DNA of 64,000 bases from an uncultured bacterium (GTDB lineage: Bacteria > Patescibacteriota > Minisyncoccia > Phycocordibacterales > GWA1-40-21), in NCBI GenBank assembly GCA_963804975.1, contig CAWDSG010000002.1, positions 277,015-341,014 of the forward strand. Direction: 5' to 3'. The first letter of the stretch is position 1. Each line of letters starts with the position of its first letter. A model generated the notes under the pieces. That model had not been told where the DNA came from and did not search any database. It saw nothing but the letters and a program-made list of their open reading frames with translations. The position numbers were made by a program, and so were the translations under genes. Positions 59,850 through 64,000 of this stretch are shown piece by piece.

Positions 59850-60445
59850 TCAATTCAATAATTGAAGCTTTTTTGTTGGGTTTGGTTGGAGGAGCGACTC
59901 CCGGACCGATTTTAACTGGAACTTTCGCCGAAGTATTAAGATCAAATTTTGTTAGAAGTCTTAAAATAATATTTCAAGCTCTGGTAGCAGAAACTGTAGG
60001 AGCTTTATTGGTGTTATATGTTTTTTATACGGCTGGATTTTCACATACAGCTATACAGATAATATCAGTGTGCGGAGCCATAGTTTTATTTTGGATTGCT
60101 TCAAATATCTGGAAAATAAGAGAAATAAATGCAGAAACAAAGGAAATTTTATCTTTTTCAAAAATAATATTACTGACCGCTTTTAACAGCGGTTATTGGA
60201 TTTTTTGGGTAGCTGTTGGTATTCCTCAGGCATTGGCTTTTGACAAACAGATTGTCGGTGGAAAATTTTTATACTTAATTATTTTTGAAATCGGCTGGCT
60301 TATAGCAACAATGCTTTTGGCTTTTATTTTTTATAAATTCCGTCCGATTTTACAAAGAAAAAATCTTGTCGGTGCCACTTTCAAAATTCTTGCGATTGTT
60401 CTTGTATTTATTGGTATAAAAACATTACTGGGAGTGTTTTTTTAA
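59846..60445 (+). CDS. LysE/RhtB-family exporter
   Basis: GATPGP motif, N..YWIFW, about 6 TM helices. Confidence 0.75.
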   Translation: MINSIIEAFLLGLVGGATPGPILTGTFAEVLRSNFVRSLKIIFQALVAETVGALLVLYVFYTAGFSHTAIQIISVCGAIVLFWIASNIWKIREINAETKEILSFSKIILLTAFNSGYWIFWVAVGIPQALAFDKQIVGGKFLYLIIFEIGWLIATMLLAFIFYKFRPILQRKNLVGATFKILAIVLVFIGIKTLLGVFF

Positions 60446-60476
60446 ATCTATTTTGAGTAGTAATATTCAACGCCAC

Positions 60477-61430
60477 TTAATCAATAATATTAATTTTAAA
60501 TTTAATAGTTTTATTTTTTAAATTTTCACCTTTTACAAAAGTATCAACATCAAATATTCCTTTATTCAAAAATGTTATATTCATATTACCTTCCATCATT
60601 TTTGTATTTGATTGTATATATTCATGTTTAAATCTAATTATTTTTTCTTTTGTGGTTGTAGAAATTAAAAATTGTTCCTCTTTTTCAAGGATAAATTCTT
60701 TAGGAAATGTAAATCCAAGTTCTGCTGTTTTAAAAATATAAGAACTCAAATTTTCAAGTGAAATTTCTATTTTATGTGATCTATTTACCGAGTAAGAATA
60801 TACTTTGTTTTCTACAATTTTTTGTTCATCAAAAGTAATTTGTATTTGTTCTTGTTTGATAAACAATGATTCGCTGTCCTTTTTGCCATTATCAGCAATT
60901 GTATTTAAAAGTTGAAGTGTTTTTTCCTCAATTGAATTTCTCATATCATGAACGGCATATGAAGCATCTGTAATGGTTTTAATCGAGTTCGAAAAAATTA
61001 TTAGCGAAGAGATAAGAAATATGATACTCAATATCATAAATATATACGATACTATAAGTAAATTTGTATAAAAAAACAGGCTGCTCAAGAAAAATATTAA
61101 CGAAAAACCTAGGGCAAAAAGACTTCTAGACAAAATATTATTAGTGCTTAGATAAAATAACTTTCTTTCAACTCTTTTTTTTGTTAATTTAAGCAATTTG
61201 AGATTTTTATCTAAAAAAGCCACATCCATAGATTTATCGTTGCCTTGTTTCTTTTTTAACATCTCGTTTTCTATGTTTTCTTCTACTTGTTTTTGCTCAT
61301 TTTTATAATTTTGACTTAATATTTTTATTCCATCAGGAAATGAAGAAAGAGCTATTGTTAAAATAGGCAAAACAAAACTAATCAATGTTAAAATAAGTGT
61401 GCCGTAAATTTGAAAAATAATCTGTTCCAT
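60477..61430 (-). CDS. Hypothetical membrane protein (about 3 TM plus beta-rich C-terminal domain), very AT-rich
   Basis: 317-aa ORF; TATAAT 6 nt upstream of ATG. Confidence 0.65.
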   Translation of the reverse strand: MEQIIFQIYGTLILTLISFVLPILTIALSSFPDGIKILSQNYKNEQKQVEENIENEMLKKKQGNDKSMDVAFLDKNLKLLKLTKKRVERKLFYLSTNNILSRSLFALGFSLIFFLSSLFFYTNLLIVSYIFMILSIIFLISSLIIFSNSIKTITDASYAVHDMRNSIEEKTLQLLNTIADNGKKDSESLFIKQEQIQITFDEQKIVENKVYSYSVNRSHKIEISLENLSSYIFKTAELGFTFPKEFILEKEEQFLISTTTKEKIIRFKHEYIQSNTKMMEGNMNITFLNKGIFDVDTFVKGENLKNKTIKFKINIID

Positions 61431-61472
61431 TGTTTAATTATATATTAAGCTTACTAAGTATATTTGTAAAGT

Positions 61473-62090
61473 TTACCTCCTATTTTTCAACGCATTCTTA
61501 ATTGTTTCTGGATCAGAATATTCCAATTCGGTGCCGGTGGAAAGTCCGCGGCCAAGCTCGCTTATTTTTATTCCATATTTTTTGACAAGAGGGGAAAGGG
61601 CTTTTTTGACCAAATCCGCCGTATATTCTCCCTCGGCATTTGCATCAAGCCCGAGGATTATTTCTTTAAGTCCCTTTTCAGCCATTTTGTTTACAAGAGC
61701 AAGCAATTCATTCAAACGGATTCTTTGCTCTGGATTTTTATCAAGCACAGGCACAAGCCCGCCAAGCACGAAATATTTTCCACCGAATAAATTGCTCTTT
61801 TCAATATTGTTCAAATCAACATCCAACCCGACAATCATAAGAGATTTATTATCGCGTGCATCGTCGGCGCAGATATCGCAGACTTTTTTATTGTCTTTAT
61901 TCTTCAAAAAATATCTCCTGCATTCGGCGCAAGATGCAATTTCCGATTTAAGCTCGGTTATTTCTTTTTTAAAATCTTCAATAAAATAGTCGTTTTTTGC
62001 CATCAAAAAGTAAACAAACCTTCTGGCTTGTTTCGGTCCGATTCCCGGAAACTCTGAAAATATTTTTATAAGTTTATCTATGCTGTTCAT
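61473..62090 (-). CDS. recR: Recombination mediator RecR
   Basis: FPGIGPKQARR, CAEC...CDIC, YFVLGG, EGEYTA, GTELEY.D. Confidence 0.93.
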   Translation of the reverse strand: MNSIDKLIKIFSEFPGIGPKQARRFVYFLMAKNDYFIEDFKKEITELKSEIASCAECRRYFLKNKDNKKVCDICADDARDNKSLMIVGLDVDLNNIEKSNLFGGKYFVLGGLVPVLDKNPEQRIRLNELLALVNKMAEKGLKEIILGLDANAEGEYTADLVKKALSPLVKKYGIKISELGRGLSTGTELEYSDPETIKNALKNRR

Positions 62091-63472
62091 TAAAATTTCT
62101 CTTCAGAACTTTTGTTAAAATCCCCATAATCCGACTTATCCATTGAAAGAAAAGACGATTTATCCTGGTCAAAGTAAAGCTCCACTCTTCCGGTTGGGCC
62201 ATTTCTGTGCTTTTCAATGAGTATTTCGGCTATTTGTTTCTTGCCGCCGCCTTCCTCATTTTGCTCGCGATGGATAAACATAACCACATCGGCGTCTTGC
62301 TCAATAGAGCCCGAATCTCTCAAATCAGAAAGGCGCGGCTTGCCTCCGCGTGATTCCACGGCACGGGATAGCTGTGAGAGCGCAAGGACAGGGATATCAA
62401 ATTCTTTGGCGAGCTGTTTCAGTGAATGGGAAATTTCCGTTATCTGCTGAACCATATTTTCATTTCCTTTGGCGTGTATCGGGGTCATAAGCTGCAAGTA
62501 ATCCACGATGACAAGTCCGAGATTTTTTTCGTGCTTCAATCGCCTTACCACGGCGCGCATTTTCAAGATATTATTTGCTGCCTGGTCATCTATGAAAAGG
62601 GGAGCTTTTGAAAGCGGATCAAGCGATGCGCGGATCTTGTCAAACTCGCTGTCTAAAGAAAGTTTCCCTGTGCGAAGCTTCCAGGCATCCACTCTTGATT
62701 CTGCTGCAAGCATTCTGTCCACCAATTGCTGCGTCGCCATTTCAAGAGAAAAAATTGCGGTAGGAATATTGTGCCTGATTGCGGCGTTTCTTGCGATATC
62801 CAAAGCAAGAGAAGTTTTTCCCATAGAAGGACGGGAGGCGAGAATCACCAGATCGGAATTCTGAAATCCGGAAAGCTTGAAATCCAAATCTTTGAATCCT
62901 GTCGGCACGCCCCTTATCTCTCCCTTGCTGTTGTGAAGCCGGTCAAGCCGGTCCATTGCCGTACCAAGCACGTCTTTCAGTTCTATGTATTTTCCGGAAA
63001 GATTTTTGCTTGTAACTTCATAAATTTTATTTTCTGCTTTATCCAAAAGTTCTTCCAGTTCATTTGTTTCATCATAGCCGAGATTGCTGATATGCTCTGA
63101 AGCTTCTATAAGCCGGCGCATTATATATTTTTTCTGGATTATTTCCGCATAGTGTTCGGCGTTTGATGAAGAGGGGACTGTGTTCACGATTTCGGTCAGA
63201 TAGCTCATTCCGCCGATCCTGTCCAAATCGCCGTTTTCTTTCAGTTTTGACGAGAGAGTGAGAATGTCTATCGGTTCCCGTTTTTCGTAAAGCTTCATCA
63301 TCGCGACAAAAATTGTCTTGTGCTTGTCTGAATAAAATGCCTCCGGGGAAAGTACGTCCATAATTTCCGGCAGTGCCTCAGGACGGAGCATAATAGAGCC
63401 GAGAAGCGCCTGCTCCGATTCAATATTTTGCGGAGGAATCCTGATATTTATTTTTCTTGTTTCGATTGGCAT
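62090..63472 (-). CDS. dnaB: Replicative DNA helicase
   Basis: PPQNIESEQALLG, RPSMGKT, VDYLQL, LSQLSR, DLRDSGSIEQDAD, KHRNGPTG. Confidence 0.97.
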   Translation of the reverse strand: MPIETRKINIRIPPQNIESEQALLGSIMLRPEALPEIMDVLSPEAFYSDKHKTIFVAMMKLYEKREPIDILTLSSKLKENGDLDRIGGMSYLTEIVNTVPSSSNAEHYAEIIQKKYIMRRLIEASEHISNLGYDETNELEELLDKAENKIYEVTSKNLSGKYIELKDVLGTAMDRLDRLHNSKGEIRGVPTGFKDLDFKLSGFQNSDLVILASRPSMGKTSLALDIARNAAIRHNIPTAIFSLEMATQQLVDRMLAAESRVDAWKLRTGKLSLDSEFDKIRASLDPLSKAPLFIDDQAANNILKMRAVVRRLKHEKNLGLVIVDYLQLMTPIHAKGNENMVQQITEISHSLKQLAKEFDIPVLALSQLSRAVESRGGKPRLSDLRDSGSIEQDADVVMFIHREQNEEGGGKKQIAEILIEKHRNGPTGRVELYFDQDKSSFLSMDKSDYGDFNKSSEEKF

Positions 63473-63620
63473 GTTTTCGTTGATTCAATTCTAGCACAGC
63501 GCAAAAACCCATCGCAATATCAAATATTGGAACAATATGTGGTTAAATTGTGGAGAAAAAATTGACAGGTTATTTAAAATAATATACTATTAAAATAGAT
63601 TTAAAAACAAAGGAGGGTTT

Positions 63621-63869
63621 ATGTTTAAATGCAATGTTCTTTTAATTTTTGGTTTCATTTCTTACATATTATTTGGTCTTTTCTTGGCTTTTGTCGGAAT
63701 TGGTGGAGTTAATATGATTTTTAACTGGCTTCATCCAAAAATCGGACCATTAGCTTTTGTTCCTGTATTATGCTTTGCAGTAATGTTTATTATTTTTGCG
63801 TCCTTTGTTGTTGAACAAACATTTTCGTGGTTTAAGAAAAAAGTTCCAGAAAAATTACTGAGAAATTAG
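63621..63869 (+). CDS. Small 2-TM hypothetical protein
   Basis: Promoter TTGACA(63562)-17-TACTAT, SD AAGGAGG, hairpin at 63883-63922. Confidence 0.65.
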   Translation: MFKCNVLLIFGFISYILFGLFLAFVGIGGVNMIFNWLHPKIGPLAFVPVLCFAVMFIIFASFVVEQTFSWFKKKVPEKLLRN

Positions 63870-63922
63870 CTTCCTCAAAACCAAAACCTCAACTATATTT
63901 ATTTAAAATAAGTTGGGGTTTT

Positions 63923-64000
63923 TTATATTTTCTTTATTTCTTGTCCTTTGTCAGTGTCTTTAACTTCATACCCAAGTTTTGCAATTTCATCTCTCAATTC
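63923..64000 (-). CDS. cysS: 3' end of cysteine--tRNA ligase (partial)
   Basis: Reads ...ELRDEIAKLGYEVKDTDKGQEIKKI*, like the CysRS C-terminal anticodon-binding segment. Confidence 0.6.
   Translation of the reverse strand, partial: ELRDEIAKLGYEVKDTDKGQEIKKI

Overview
Bacterial chromosomal window, most consistent with a Candidate Phyla Radiation/Patescibacteria (Parcubacteria-like) genome. This is an inference from the compact housekeeping proteins, SD-less AT-rich start contexts and Thr/Ser-rich Ig-repeat surface proteins. Standard code 11 is used (TGA is a stop). Housekeeping content: ychF (frameshifted), mnmA, udg, alaS, infA-rpmJ-rpsM-rpsK-rpsD-rpoA-rplQ-rplM-rpsI, rpoB-rpoC-dnaG-rpoD, rplU-pyrG, dnaB-recR and the 3' end of cysS. 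Accessory content: three large surface proteins, a LivHMGF-type ABC transporter with six divergent substrate-binding paralogs, and several solitary genes with their own promoter, SD and terminator. The most unusual signal is a set of small palindromic repeat families. (i) A 21-bp hairpin (CCTGCCT-N7-AGGCAGG) sits in-frame, always in the same frame and orientation, inside five housekeeping genes (mnmA, alaS, rpsK, dnaG, pyrG) and adds LP[T/A]G[Q/K]AG; mnmA carries two further palindromic in-frame inserts. (ii) A nested, covarying 140-180-nt structured element ends exactly at the start codons of rpmJ, rpsD and rpoB. (iii) A REP-like AAACCCCGAGGT-N3-ACCTCGGGGTTT palindrome occurs four times, and two copies bracket a solitary pyrF cassette. 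Also found: a promoter- and terminator-bounded ~85-nt structured antisense sRNA convergent with a putative RelE/PBECR-like nuclease gene, and an outer-membrane beta-barrel-like protein. No tRNA, rRNA, CRISPR array, transposase or integrase was recognised. All calls were made by eye, without database searches.
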